Position numbers and translations under genes: made by a program. From an uncultured Chitinophagales bacterium (GTDB lineage: Bacteria; Bacteroidota; Bacteroidia; Chitinophagales; BACL12): a DNA stretch of 64,000 nt. Positions 19,801-28,264 of the stretch are shown piece by piece. The notes under the pieces are model-generated. The model did not search any database and was not told where the DNA came from. It saw nothing but the letters and a program-made list of their open reading frames with translations. The stretch is from positions 13,957-77,956 of the forward strand of contig CAYXBK010000015.1 in the NCBI GenBank assembly GCA_964463165.1, given 5' to 3'. Positions within the stretch are counted from its first letter, which is position 1. Each line of letters opens with the position of its first letter.

Positions 19801-20977
19801 CATCTGCATCGAAGGGCAACATGATATCAATTTTTACATACGTTGAATCAAGCCGTATCGGAGCAGAAAACCCGCTTTCGGGAAACGCATTCGGATATAC
19901 GGATAAAAAATTATTATCGTCCATGAATAAATCCGGTAATTCATCATTGTCATAATTATAAAACGCAAAATAATATTCATTTTTTGAAAGAGAATCCTGA
20001 AGTGTCTGCAAATCATCCAGCAGCATTTCTCCACCGGTATTTTCAATCATTTTTAATGATGCAAATTCAGCTCCCGCTGTATTTTCCAGAAATATCCAGT
20101 CGTTATCACCGTCGTGATCAATGTCTGTAATTTTGATTGTATTGAAATCATCATAATTTCCGTAATACGCCTGCGGTCCAAATTCATTTGAAACGGGATT
20201 AAAAGTTGCAATATATTCGTTTGCACCTATTTCAATAAACAAATCAGGATATCCATCGTTATTAGCGTCTGCAGAAATTAATCCATATTGATACTCATCG
20301 CTGTTTATGTATTCGTACGAAAATGTTCCGTCGCTGTTATTTTGAAAATATGCCACACAGCAATCATAAAAAAAACCGGCCCAGTCCAAATCTCCATCCT
20401 GATCAAAATCCGCAATCGTACTGTACCGAACCGATGGTAAAAGATCTTCAATCATATGTTTTATTTCAAAAACACCGTCAATATTTTCAGTCCAGCATAA
20501 ATAGGAGCCCGGATCTTCATACACCATATCCGCATCACCATCACCATCTGTATCGATAAATCCGATCCACGCCCCGACAGATACATCAATCATGTGCACA
20601 GGCCAGCTTTCATCTGTTGCATGCGGATTTTCGATCCAATAGAGATCATAAGGGAAATCGCCCGACCTATAAAAAATATCGGTGTAGCCATCTGCATTCA
20701 TGTCCCGCATTTCAACCGACTCCATGTCAGAAACAACAGCATCGGTTTCAATCAGATATTTATTGGTCCAGTTTGAAGCTGCATCCACCGCATACCAAAA
20801 CATGGTTGTTGCATTTGAAGTGATGAAGTCGAATATGCCGTCGTTATTCATATCGGCATGATATGTATTGTTAATTTCACCGCTTTGTGTATGCAAGATC
20901 ACTTTCTTTTCAGGTACTTGCGCATGGAGGATAGCAGAGAGGCAAATCAACAAGCAGATGATGCAGATTTTTTTCAT
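16823..20977 (-). CDS. Giant secreted FG-GAP/VCBS-repeat protein with Calx-beta-like modules and T9SS sorting domain (paralog 2)
   Basis: Start placed at MKKICIICLLICLSAILHAQ (ATG 20977). It is collinear with paralog 1 and has 14 DxDxDG-type loops, five ~108-aa modules ending in DND, and a T9SS CTD (SNGIFTITYD...GMYYVRLQ...IELIK). Confidence 0.85.
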   Translation of the reverse strand: MKKICIICLLICLSAILHAQVPEKKVILHTQSGEINNTYHADMNNDGIFDFITSNATTMFWYAVDAASNWTNKYLIETDAVVSDMESVEMRDMNADGYTDIFYRSGDFPYDLYWIENPHATDESWPVHMIDVSVGAWIGFIDTDGDGDADMVYEDPGSYLCWTENIDGVFEIKHMIEDLLPSVRYSTIADFDQDGDLDWAGFFYDCCVAYFQNNSDGTFSYEYINSDEYQYGLISADANNDGYPDLFIEIGANEYIATFNPVSNEFGPQAYYGNYDDFNTIKITDIDHDGDNDWIFLENTAGAEFASLKMIENTGGEMLLDDLQTLQDSLSKNEYYFAFYNYDNDELPDLFMDDNNFLSVYPNAFPESGFSAPIRLDSTYVKIDIMLPFDADGDSDEDIFVASHDGVLAWMKYDAASDSIYAVHHIQNIEASPYPSCLQNFDVDSDGDQDLIASFHSYYGAGGISYYLLNDGAGNFYLHEFTEFAFKKIWMTDADDDGDADLIGWRFESNKLELFLNTGDTSALFSDDSDITPTGLWKNFEISDADNDGDEDFIGTQEGVAAIYMIANTNGAETFSAAYVLKGTICTVMNAIYSDDFDGDADDDIFYSCSYSGNAYKLTNAGGFFTSSSSGYFSDQDLSAPGFMYSKDLNLDNSPDLILSNGMNTTGTAVKLAEGAGGTFQFDFNNASADFGFYTFLDENDVIDFIGTNELEFYVQYDVITKAPEYIVIPPTKTYLEENASGDSIGIYFTEIPQTALSVRFHPGPVLDAGAGAGEEIVYVINPDSTALLPHYFYYQVPEDALVEDYTTEIISLTDEAGWGLYAGTLHAEYAFIVTDNDPGLFYTDVPAINEGASQTVSVHLNAIPDAPLTLHLQPETELNAGAGLGFPVEFELPASIEAIENIIINLTAENDYIHEETHISQLPVSFFCDDSLFNSMLTDTIQISLTDNDNASFSTLIPGSYYTEGLEDFSITIHVTSAPQADVQIIADPDSEIDLGAGPGVAVTMDFIAGDIIPDAIVFSGIPSENLIVDGLHFGHIEFSVITDDPYYEVLNIPEITISILDNDLSAVQHSELTAAYLEGLGEFEINFNLSSIPSENVSVIAVPDMNLDLGAGFGVAVEFTFIADGELPDDISISGIPFDNMLNDGLHSGFINYITSSDDPVFDGVAIAISEIFIEDNDDDGMALVCAADLIYPEGTIEIPADIYLFTQPADNVFIYAVPDAQIDLGEGPGMPLVIIANVSYEPGVPLTFEISIVDDLLAEGFHDGQINFIISTDDPFYAGYALEPLIIHIDDNDAATALINADQNQFLIYPAMSNGIFTITYDGSNDGIISIFDATGRWIKEIEMNSSGKTNIDISEAAAGMYYVRLQKGNVFSTKIIELIK
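17095..18712 (-). repeat. Five tandem ~108-aa Calx-beta-like coding modules in paralog 2
   Basis: The modules share IDLGAGPGVAV / LDLGAGFGVAV / IDLGEGPGMPL cores and end in VTDND, LTDND, ILDND, IEDND and IDDND. Modules 3-5 are clearly the most similar to each other. Confidence 0.65.
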
Positions 20978-21278
20978 GAAAATGTTTTTAATAATTGATT
21001 GAAAGTAGAATTCCCCCAGTGATATCACAACCTGCAATGAGTGAATGAAGCGATTTCACGTGTGAACCGACAACATAAATTAGGGAAGGAAAGATGATGT
21101 ATGAATCTCCGGGACGCAGTTTGGAATTTTGTTGCGAATCGATGATAAGCGGGCAAATCAAAAAAACTTACCAAACCTGTCACCATAAATGGTACAAATG
21201 AAAAAAGTGGCTTTTGAAGCCAATAGAAATGCATATGTTCGCAACGCTTCTCCTTAAAACAAATACTCTTCATGTCGC

Positions 21279-21317
21279 AAAAACTTCGAAAGCAGGAATG
21301 TTTCGGAGTTTTTTTTT
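21279..21317 (-). terminator. Terminator hairpin after membrane-protein gene
   Basis: ACTTCGAAA (21283-21291) pairs with TTTCGGAGT (21301-21309) with one G-U pair. It has T-runs on both strands and abuts the stop codon at 21316-21318. Confidence 0.65.
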
Positions 21318-22005
21318 ATGCTTTATCAGAATACACTTTTAATTTTCTTACACCGAGATAGAGCACGTAGGCGCTCACACACATGAGGCAATGTGCCAGG
21401 TCGAGGTAATTGAACCAGGGATGAATTGTAAAATAACTGATATGTACAAAAGCCGCTATGGAGGATATTCCCACACTATACAATAAATACCGCGAGCCTG
21501 CATCTTTTGTTTTACGGTAAATAAAAAATTCAAAACTGCCGAACACAATTAATAAACCGTACAAAGCATGTACTTCCACAAAAAGAAAATTGAGCGTTAC
21601 ACTCACTGCAGTGATCAGGGTGGCAAGTTCTACAATATTCAGCACTGAAAATAATTCACCGATCTGTTTTTTCAACAACGGCCTTGCATGTACAATTGAA
21701 CTGCGTTCTGCGAGCATCACGGCGATCATACTGCAAATCCATCCCGGCAATTTTAAATTATATCCCACTGCATAATTAAATGCGTGGCCGAAAATGCCGC
21801 CTAATAATGTTGCGAGCCCCATCATAAAAAAGAAATAACGAAACAGCCGGTATACAATGGAGCGGAAATGGTATGGTTTCAAGCGCAAAAAAACAAACCA
21901 GCAAACAACAGTGATCATGATATCGGTTAAAGTGGTAACCGGTTCCTGAATCAGTATCCCGTTGAAATTCCATTCAACGATTTCGGGCTTTGCAAACAGA
22001 TCCAT
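21316..22005 (-). CDS. Polytopic integral membrane protein, unknown function
   Basis: 229 aa with about seven hydrophobic helices. It starts 9 bp downstream of the dprA stop on the same strand. Confidence 0.7.
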   Translation of the reverse strand: MDLFAKPEIVEWNFNGILIQEPVTTLTDIMITVVCWFVFLRLKPYHFRSIVYRLFRYFFFMMGLATLLGGIFGHAFNYAVGYNLKLPGWICSMIAVMLAERSSIVHARPLLKKQIGELFSVLNIVELATLITAVSVTLNFLFVEVHALYGLLIVFGSFEFFIYRKTKDAGSRYLLYSVGISSIAAFVHISYFTIHPWFNYLDLAHCLMCVSAYVLYLGVRKLKVYSDKA

Positions 22006-22014
22006 ATATAAAAA

Positions 22015-23112
22015 TCACACTAATTTAAAACGCTTTCCCGGAAGTGATGCAATTAATCCCTGAAATTCGAGATTTAATAAACATCCTGCCAAAACACTCG
22101 GAGATAACTGCACGGCAATTGTCAGTTCATCAATTCCCAATTCAGATTTTGCCAATGCATCATATATCAATTTTTCTTCCGGGCTTAATTCAATAAATAA
22201 TTCTCTCTGCGGATTCGATTTCGTTTCTTTTTTCGACCAGTTCAGAAAATCCAGAATATCATTTCCATTTTCAACCAGTGCCGCACGGTTTGTTTTAATT
22301 AAATGATGACAACCCTGCGAATATTTATGATGAATATTTCCCGGATAGGCAACAACATCTTTATTATAACCGTCGGCAAGCATTGCGGTGATCAGTGCAC
22401 CGCCATCCAATGCAGTTTCAACAACCACCAGCACATCTATCATACCCGCCACGATCCTGTTTCGTTTTGGAAAATTTTGCCTGTCGGGTAATGTCTCACT
22501 CATAAATTCTGTTAAAAGGCCGCCATTTTGCATCATTTTTTTTGCAACCTCTTTATGCGCATAAGGATAAATTCTGTCGAGGCCATGACCCACAACACCG
22601 ATCGTCTGTATATTTTTTTTCAGGCAGGCTTTATGCGCTGCAATATCGATCCCGTAGGCAAGGCCGCTCACGATCAGCACATGTTCCTCCTGCAATGTTT
22701 CTATCAGCTCATCAACAATTTGCTTTCCATAATCACTCGCATTTCTGGTTCCCACGATGCCCATCACCCTGTCTGCATTCAAATCTGCATTGCCTGCATA
22801 ATACAGGAGGACGGGTGCATCGGTGCAGGCCCTGAGCCTGAACGGATAAGCGGCATCCCAGTAAGGCAGGATCTGAATATTTTTTGTTTCGGTAAATTTT
22901 AATTCTGCCTCTGCCCTTTCAAAAACATCATGATGCACAATGGCTGCTGCGGTATTTTCTCCAATACCCGGCACCCGCATCAATACCTGCTTTTTTGTTT
23001 TAAAAATTTTTTCAACACTCCCGCAATAACTGATCAGGGATTTCGCATTTACAGGGCCGATTCCCGGAATTAATGTTAAAGCGAGGAGATAAAATAAATT
23101 TTCTTTGCTCAA
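22015..23112 (-). CDS. dprA: DNA-processing protein A
   Basis: 365 aa with a TTG start. GIVGTRNASDYG...SGLAYGIDIAAHKACL...VGHGLDRIYP...FPKRNRIVAG is the DprA/Smf Rossmann core. Confidence 0.9.
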   Translation of the reverse strand: MSKENLFYLLALTLIPGIGPVNAKSLISYCGSVEKIFKTKKQVLMRVPGIGENTAAAIVHHDVFERAEAELKFTETKNIQILPYWDAAYPFRLRACTDAPVLLYYAGNADLNADRVMGIVGTRNASDYGKQIVDELIETLQEEHVLIVSGLAYGIDIAAHKACLKKNIQTIGVVGHGLDRIYPYAHKEVAKKMMQNGGLLTEFMSETLPDRQNFPKRNRIVAGMIDVLVVVETALDGGALITAMLADGYNKDVVAYPGNIHHKYSQGCHHLIKTNRAALVENGNDILDFLNWSKKETKSNPQRELFIELSPEEKLIYDALAKSELGIDELTIAVQLSPSVLAGCLLNLEFQGLIASLPGKRFKLV

Positions 23113-23256
23113 GGTATTTATATTTGTTCTGATGATGAAAGATCTCTAAAATGATCCCAGTGACATCCGGAACGTAAACAGATCAGGAAGATCTGCTAAA
23201 GCGAGAATGACTTAAGGGGTTTAGAGGTTAAACGTAACTACAAAAAAAATAAAGAC

Positions 23257-26200
23257 ATGCGTCAATTGCAAACTTTGATTACAACAATTTTTATTTTTTT
23301 ATCAACGCTGATTTCTGCGCAAAACGGCAAGATCGTTTCTGATGCTTTTAACAGACCTGCTTATGCATACCGTAGTGCAGAAAATCCATATTACTGGAAA
23401 AACAGAAAACCATACGACGGATACTGGCAACAGGATGTGGAATATAAAATTTCTGCAGAAATCGATGAAACAACAAATATTATTTCAGGAACAGTGCGCC
23501 TCACATATTATAATAATTCACCCGATGCATTGCCTTTCGTTTATTTTCATTTATATCAGGAGGCATTTTTACCCGGTGGATATGTGGAAGATCTGTATAA
23601 AGTAAATGACGTAAAACCCACATTCGGCAAATACGAATCGCAAGGACTCGGAACGGAAGTGGAAAATATTACGATCACAAACAGAAACGGATTCCCTGTT
23701 TCGGAAACTGCAACTCTCATACAGGATTTTTCCGTTTTAAAAGCAGAATTAAAATATCCTGTTACGGCGGGTGGTTCAATTACATTTGAAATTCCTTTTA
23801 AAACATATTTCGATAATGAAGGAAGTTTAAGAAGAAGGATGAAGGAATTCAGTTCGGGTGAATTCATGCATTATGACGGTGTGCATTGGTATCCCCGCAT
23901 TTGTGTGTACGATATGAAATTCGGATGGGATACCGAACAACATCTTGGAAAAGAATTTTATGGTGATTACGGCAGCTATGAAGTTGATCTCACCTTTGCG
24001 AGTAATTATATTGTTGAAGCAACAGGTTATTTACTGAATGCAAATGAAGTGATGCCGAACAGCCTGCGTGAAAAATTAAATATTAAAAATTTTGCGGGCA
24101 AAGCGTGGAATGAACCTGCATCTGTAATTATTCCTTATGTGCAGGGAGATAAAAAAACATGGCGGTATTATGCTGAAAATGTGCATGATTTTGCATTTAC
24201 TGCAGACCCTTCTTACCGCATCGGTGAAACAATGACTGTTATAAACGGGAAACAGGTGCGCTGTATCGCATTGGCACAGGAAGGACATGCTGCCTTCTGG
24301 CAAAATGCCGCTGATTATACTGCTAAAGTGATTCATGTTTACAGCAATGATTTTGGTGATTATATCTGGCCGAAAATTATTGTCGCAGATGCACGGGATG
24401 GAATGGAATATCCGATGCTTACGCTTGATGGCGGATACGATCCCTCCTACCGCGATTTATTCGCACATGAAATCGGACATATGTGGTTTTTCGGTATGGT
24501 TGGAAATAATGAAACATACCGTGCAGCTCTTGATGAAGGGTTTTCTCAATTTCTCACGGCATGGTCGTATATGAAAATAGATGGAGATGTGCGGATTGAA
24601 TTTGAAGATAAATCGAATTATAAAAATACATATCGCAAGCCCGATGAAATCATCATGAGCGAAGTGTATTCTGCGTATTTACAGGATGCAGTGAGAGCGA
24701 ACGATATGCCTTTGAACACACATTCAGATATGTTCAATTCTGCACTTGCACATGGCGGCGGATACAGGCATGTTTACTTTAAAACCGCAGTGATGCTGTA
24801 TAATCTTGAATATGTTTTAGGCGATGATTTATTTGAAGCTGCGATGAAACATTATTTTGAGCAATGGAAATTATGCCATCCGTATTTTGAAGATTTCAGA
24901 AATTCAATTATAAATTATACCCATGTTGATCTCAACTGGTTTTTTGATGCTTGGCTCGAAACAACAAAAAATATTGATTATGGTATAAGTGAAGTGCGCA
25001 AAAATCCGGAATTCTCTCTCGATGGCCAGCCACTTTTGCATTACGATGTTTTATTCAAGCGCAAAGGCATGCAAATGCCCGTTGATTTCCAGGTGGTTTT
25101 GGAAAACGGAGACACACTCAATTACTATATCCCGAATACATGGTTCAATAAATATGAAGGGCAAAAAAATATTTCCGAAGGAAGGCTCGACAGAACATAT
25201 TTTGAAAATGTGATCGTGTTGCCGAAATGGTATGGATTCGACAAACTGGAATCGGAATATGTTGCGCATGTAATTGTGCCAGCGAAAATAAAACAGATCA
25301 CGATCGATCCGAGCAACAGGCTTGCAGACATCAATAAACTTGATAATACATGGAAATGCTCGATTGATTATGAATTTGATTCACAGATACGCAATACCGC
25401 CAACTGGAATCAATATGCCTTAAAATGGCGGCCCGAAATCTGGGGAAATGCATATGACGGATTAAAAGTAGGACTGCATTTCAACGGAAATTATTTTAAT
25501 TACAAACATATGTTCGAATTTACTGCCTGGTTCAACACCGGTATATTGCAATCCGATTATTATCATCCGCTGAATTCTTCCGGCGATGATATTACCGACG
25601 ATTTCGATCCGTTTTCTTTTCACCTGTCTTATAAAACAGCAACTGATAATTTTTTACCGAGAAGTAATTTTTTATTCGATACGAAATATCTCGATGGTGT
25701 ATTCGGATTTAAGATCGGAGAAGAAATTTTTCTCGACCGCGACTTCAGGAATAAGATCACATTTTATTTTAATGATTTTCAAATTGTAAAAAATCAGTAT
25801 CTCTTATACGGCGATTTAATTGATGAAGCAAAAAACAATTCCTTCAACCTGGAATACGAACATAAGTATAATTATTTCAAAGGCAACGGAAAATTCATGC
25901 TTGGCTTCCGTTCAAATGATCTATTGAGTGATTATGATTTTTCGCGGGTGCAGGTAGAAGCAATAAATAATACCACACTTGGAAAATTCGATTTAAAAAC
26001 AAGATATTTTTTACAATGGGGCAGCGGATCTTCCATTCCTTTTGCATCCTCACTCATGCTGGCAGGTGCGAATGCCGAAGAATTACTCGACAGTAAATTC
26101 ACACGTTCACGGGGTTTTGTTCCAAATGAATGGACAACATTCGGAAACACAACAAATCATTTTCAAATGGGCGGCGGATTAAATCTGCGGGGATATTCCG

Positions 26201-26577
26201 GTTATCTTGTTGCCGAGGAAAATGAAGACGGAACAATTTATCTCGCATATTCTGGTGTGAGCGGTACTTCAGCAAATATTGAACTTGAATTCGACCGTTT
26301 ATTTAATTTCAAAATCATTAAATTCATTAAAATGGATCCCTACGTTTTTGCAGACGGCGGAATTTTATCAGTTGATGAAGATTTTAAACAACTTTCTTCT
26401 TTCCGCATGGATGCCGGTATCGGCACTGCATTTACATGGAGTTGGTTCGGCCCGCTCGAAACCGTTAAACCCATAACTTTAAGAATTGATTTTCCCGTCT
26501 GGCTGAGCAATGCACCATTTGAGGAAAGTGAGAATTTTAAATTCAGGTATGTAATCGGATTGAACAGGTGTTTTTAG
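23257..26577 (+). CDS. M1-family zinc metallopeptidase with C-terminal Omp85-like beta-barrel region
   Basis: 1106 aa with a signal peptide. The gluzincin motif HEIGH (24466-24480) plus Glu 19 residues later (HEXXH-X18-E) defines the peptidase. The C-terminal ~400 aa shows alternating beta-strand patterns, GGGLNLRGY (26169-26195), and ends ...FRYVIGLNRCF with a terminal Phe, as OMP beta-signals do. Confidence 0.85.
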   Translation: MRQLQTLITTIFIFLSTLISAQNGKIVSDAFNRPAYAYRSAENPYYWKNRKPYDGYWQQDVEYKISAEIDETTNIISGTVRLTYYNNSPDALPFVYFHLYQEAFLPGGYVEDLYKVNDVKPTFGKYESQGLGTEVENITITNRNGFPVSETATLIQDFSVLKAELKYPVTAGGSITFEIPFKTYFDNEGSLRRRMKEFSSGEFMHYDGVHWYPRICVYDMKFGWDTEQHLGKEFYGDYGSYEVDLTFASNYIVEATGYLLNANEVMPNSLREKLNIKNFAGKAWNEPASVIIPYVQGDKKTWRYYAENVHDFAFTADPSYRIGETMTVINGKQVRCIALAQEGHAAFWQNAADYTAKVIHVYSNDFGDYIWPKIIVADARDGMEYPMLTLDGGYDPSYRDLFAHEIGHMWFFGMVGNNETYRAALDEGFSQFLTAWSYMKIDGDVRIEFEDKSNYKNTYRKPDEIIMSEVYSAYLQDAVRANDMPLNTHSDMFNSALAHGGGYRHVYFKTAVMLYNLEYVLGDDLFEAAMKHYFEQWKLCHPYFEDFRNSIINYTHVDLNWFFDAWLETTKNIDYGISEVRKNPEFSLDGQPLLHYDVLFKRKGMQMPVDFQVVLENGDTLNYYIPNTWFNKYEGQKNISEGRLDRTYFENVIVLPKWYGFDKLESEYVAHVIVPAKIKQITIDPSNRLADINKLDNTWKCSIDYEFDSQIRNTANWNQYALKWRPEIWGNAYDGLKVGLHFNGNYFNYKHMFEFTAWFNTGILQSDYYHPLNSSGDDITDDFDPFSFHLSYKTATDNFLPRSNFLFDTKYLDGVFGFKIGEEIFLDRDFRNKITFYFNDFQIVKNQYLLYGDLIDEAKNNSFNLEYEHKYNYFKGNGKFMLGFRSNDLLSDYDFSRVQVEAINNTTLGKFDLKTRYFLQWGSGSSIPFASSLMLAGANAEELLDSKFTRSRGFVPNEWTTFGNTTNHFQMGGGLNLRGYSGYLVAEENEDGTIYLAYSGVSGTSANIELEFDRLFNFKIIKFIKMDPYVFADGGILSVDEDFKQLSSFRMDAGIGTAFTWSWFGPLETVKPITLRIDFPVWLSNAPFEESENFKFRYVIGLNRCF

Positions 26578-26712
26578 AATTGCGAATTGCGGATTGAGCA
26601 AAATTGCGAATTGGGGCTTTCTTGATTTAAGAAAATTTTGGAAAATAATAGCACTTTCGATTTAAGAACATACTGTAATTGCGAATTGCGGATTGAGCAA
26701 AATTGCGCATTG
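26578..26712 (+). repeat. Left arms of nested inverted repeat (two 36-nt units, 99-nt period)
   Basis: AATTGCGAATTGCGGATTGAGCAAAATTGCGAATTG occurs at 26578-26613, starting on the base after the peptidase stop codon. It recurs at 26677-26712 with one mismatch. The unit itself has a 7-nt periodicity. Confidence 0.9.
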
Positions 26713-26850
26713 AAATCCGAGTAAAGTTTCAAGCTTTGGGTTCATTTAATTGCTTTAATTATTTAATTGAAATTTGATAATTAGTTTATTCTTTTGTTTC
26801 CATTTATTGTTGAATTAATGTAAATTCGCAAGTAATTAAACCCCTTATTT

Positions 26851-27216
26851 ATGACAGAAGAAGAGAAATTAAAAGCTCGCACAAAACAATTTGCTCTCAA
26901 TGTTATTAACATTGTCGAGCATCTTCCTAAATCAACTACAAATTATGTTTTAGGGAAACAACTTCTCAGATCAGCAACTTCGGTGGGTGCTAATTACAGA
27001 GCAGCATGCAGGGCAAGATCACATGCGGATTTTATTTCCAAAATAACTATTGTAGAAGACGAAGCAGATGAATCTCAATTTTGGATTGAAGTAATTATGG
27101 AGTCAGGAAACAGTGATGGTGATTTGGTAAAATCTTTGCGTCAGGAATCAAAAGAACTGACTGCAATTTTCACTTCATCAGGTAAAACTGCAAAAGAAAA
27201 TCGAATTAGGAAATAA
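26851..27216 (+). CDS. Four-helix-bundle protein (23S rRNA intervening-sequence protein / Avd-like family)
   Basis: 121 aa. GKQLLRSATSVGANYRAACRARSHADFISKITIVEDEADESQFWIEV is the signature of this family. Confidence 0.85.
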   Translation: MTEEEKLKARTKQFALNVINIVEHLPKSTTNYVLGKQLLRSATSVGANYRAACRARSHADFISKITIVEDEADESQFWIEVIMESGNSDGDLVKSLRQESKELTAIFTSSGKTAKENRIRK

Positions 27217-27286
27217 GGGATTCAATTCTCATAAAAATTTCATAAGCTTGATTTTTAACAGGAATTTATTTAAGGTCACGAAGCCT

Positions 27287-27429
27287 CAATTCGCAATTTT
27301 GTTCACTTCGCAATTCGCATTTTCCCTTCAGAATTTTCCAATGTAAATATAGTTTATTAATACCAGATAAATGCCCGCAGAAAGTCAGAGTTTCAATTCG
27401 CAATTTTGCTCAATCCGAAATTCGCAATT
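27287..27429 (+). repeat. Right arms of nested inverted repeat (reverse complements of the 36-nt unit)
   Basis: 27394-27429 (CAATTCGCAATTTTGCTCAATCCGAAATTCGCAATT) is the reverse complement of 26578-26613 with one mismatch, and ends 4 nt from the rsmG stop. 27287-27321 is a more diverged copy that pairs with 26677-26712. Confidence 0.9.
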
Positions 27430-27433
27430 CTCC

Positions 27434-28132
27434 TCAATCCATCGGCAAATAAATCAAAAACTTATCTGCAAACCAGGGTTCTTTAAACCATTCGATGATC
27501 GGGAACTTGTAGAGAATATCTTTAAATGGAGCAACTTCAAGTTCGAGATAACCACCTTTTAATGTAATTAATCCGTTCGGGAAATCATTAAATGAACCGC
27601 CACGTCGAACCATATTAATTGTCCAGTCATACAATATCATTAAATCCGCAACACCGCGAGCAAGTATAAAATCAAATTTTTCTTTGACATCTTCCACCCG
27701 GGTTTGCTCGCACGAAATATTTTGCAATCCCAATGCTTTTCCGATCATATCGGCAACACGCACTTTTTTTTCGATCGAATCGATGAGATGAAATTCAACT
27801 TCCGGATTCATAATTGCAAGCGGAATTCCCGGAAATCCGCCACCTGTTCCCAGATCAAGCACTTTTGTGCCCGGTTGAAATTCGATGAATTTTGAAATTG
27901 CGAGTGAATGCAATACATGATGCTCGTAAATATTATCGATATCCTGCCGCGAAACAACATTTACTTTTTCGTTCCAGAATTTAAATTGCGGCCCGATCTG
28001 CCTGAATTGGCTGATCTGCCTGTTGTCGAGATGGGGGAAATACTTTAATATACGGTCCACAGGAAACAATTTTAAAGATTTTCTTCCAAATTTCCTATTG
28101 GTTTCCCACAAAGGCATAAAGCTGCTTTGCAT
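27434..28132 (-). CDS. rsmG: 16S rRNA (guanine527-N7)-methyltransferase
   Basis: ILKYFPHL...FWNEKVNVVSRQDIDNIYEHHVLHSL...LDLGTGGGFPGIPLAI is the RsmG/GidB pattern with its SAM-binding motif. The true start may be GTG 28060 or ATG 28117 rather than 28132. Confidence 0.9.
   Translation of the reverse strand: MQSSFMPLWETNRKFGRKSLKLFPVDRILKYFPHLDNRQISQFRQIGPQFKFWNEKVNVVSRQDIDNIYEHHVLHSLAISKFIEFQPGTKVLDLGTGGGFPGIPLAIMNPEVEFHLIDSIEKKVRVADMIGKALGLQNISCEQTRVEDVKEKFDFILARGVADLMILYDWTINMVRRGGSFNDFPNGLITLKGGYLELEVAPFKDILYKFPIIEWFKEPWFADKFLIYLPMD
28101..28121 (-). promoter_or_regulatory. 21-nt motif copy A in the divergent rsmG / C1-peptidase region
   Basis: The minus strand reads CTTTATGCCTTTGTGGGAAAC, 40 nt upstream of the candidate GTG start of rsmG. 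Confidence 0.4.
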
Positions 28133-28264
28133 AAATCCAAATTAAGACCATATGAAACCATGTTTCCGCCGTGTCCTCAATTTGAAATTTCCGATGCTTA
28201 AATGCCGTAATCAAAGAAAAAATAAATGCGCTGCAATTGCGCATAAAACTTTTTCGCTGAAAAT

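Noticed and set aside
22528-22902. Long antisense or alternate-frame ORFs inside confident genes. Examples: 22528..22902 and 22542..22835 in dprA, 4951..5277 in the response regulator, 51517..51870 in gatB, 56848..57231 in the M42 gene, and many in the FG-GAP and beta-helix genes.
   Set aside because: These are shadow ORFs of strongly supported genes on the other strand or frame. Their composition is low-complexity or biased, and they show no recognisable motifs.
26578-26712. Two 36-nt direct repeats separated by a 63-nt spacer, which could be mistaken for a mini CRISPR array.
   Set aside because: There are only two units per side. The same unit occurs in inverted orientation 600-800 nt away, and it has internal 7-nt periodicity. 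No cas genes or leader are present. It is better explained as the arms of a nested inverted repeat.
26851-27216. An Avd-like four-helix-bundle gene as a marker of a diversity-generating retroelement.
   Set aside because: No reverse transcriptase ORF and no template/variable repeat pair with adenine-specific differences lie nearby. The neighbours are a peptidase and rsmG.
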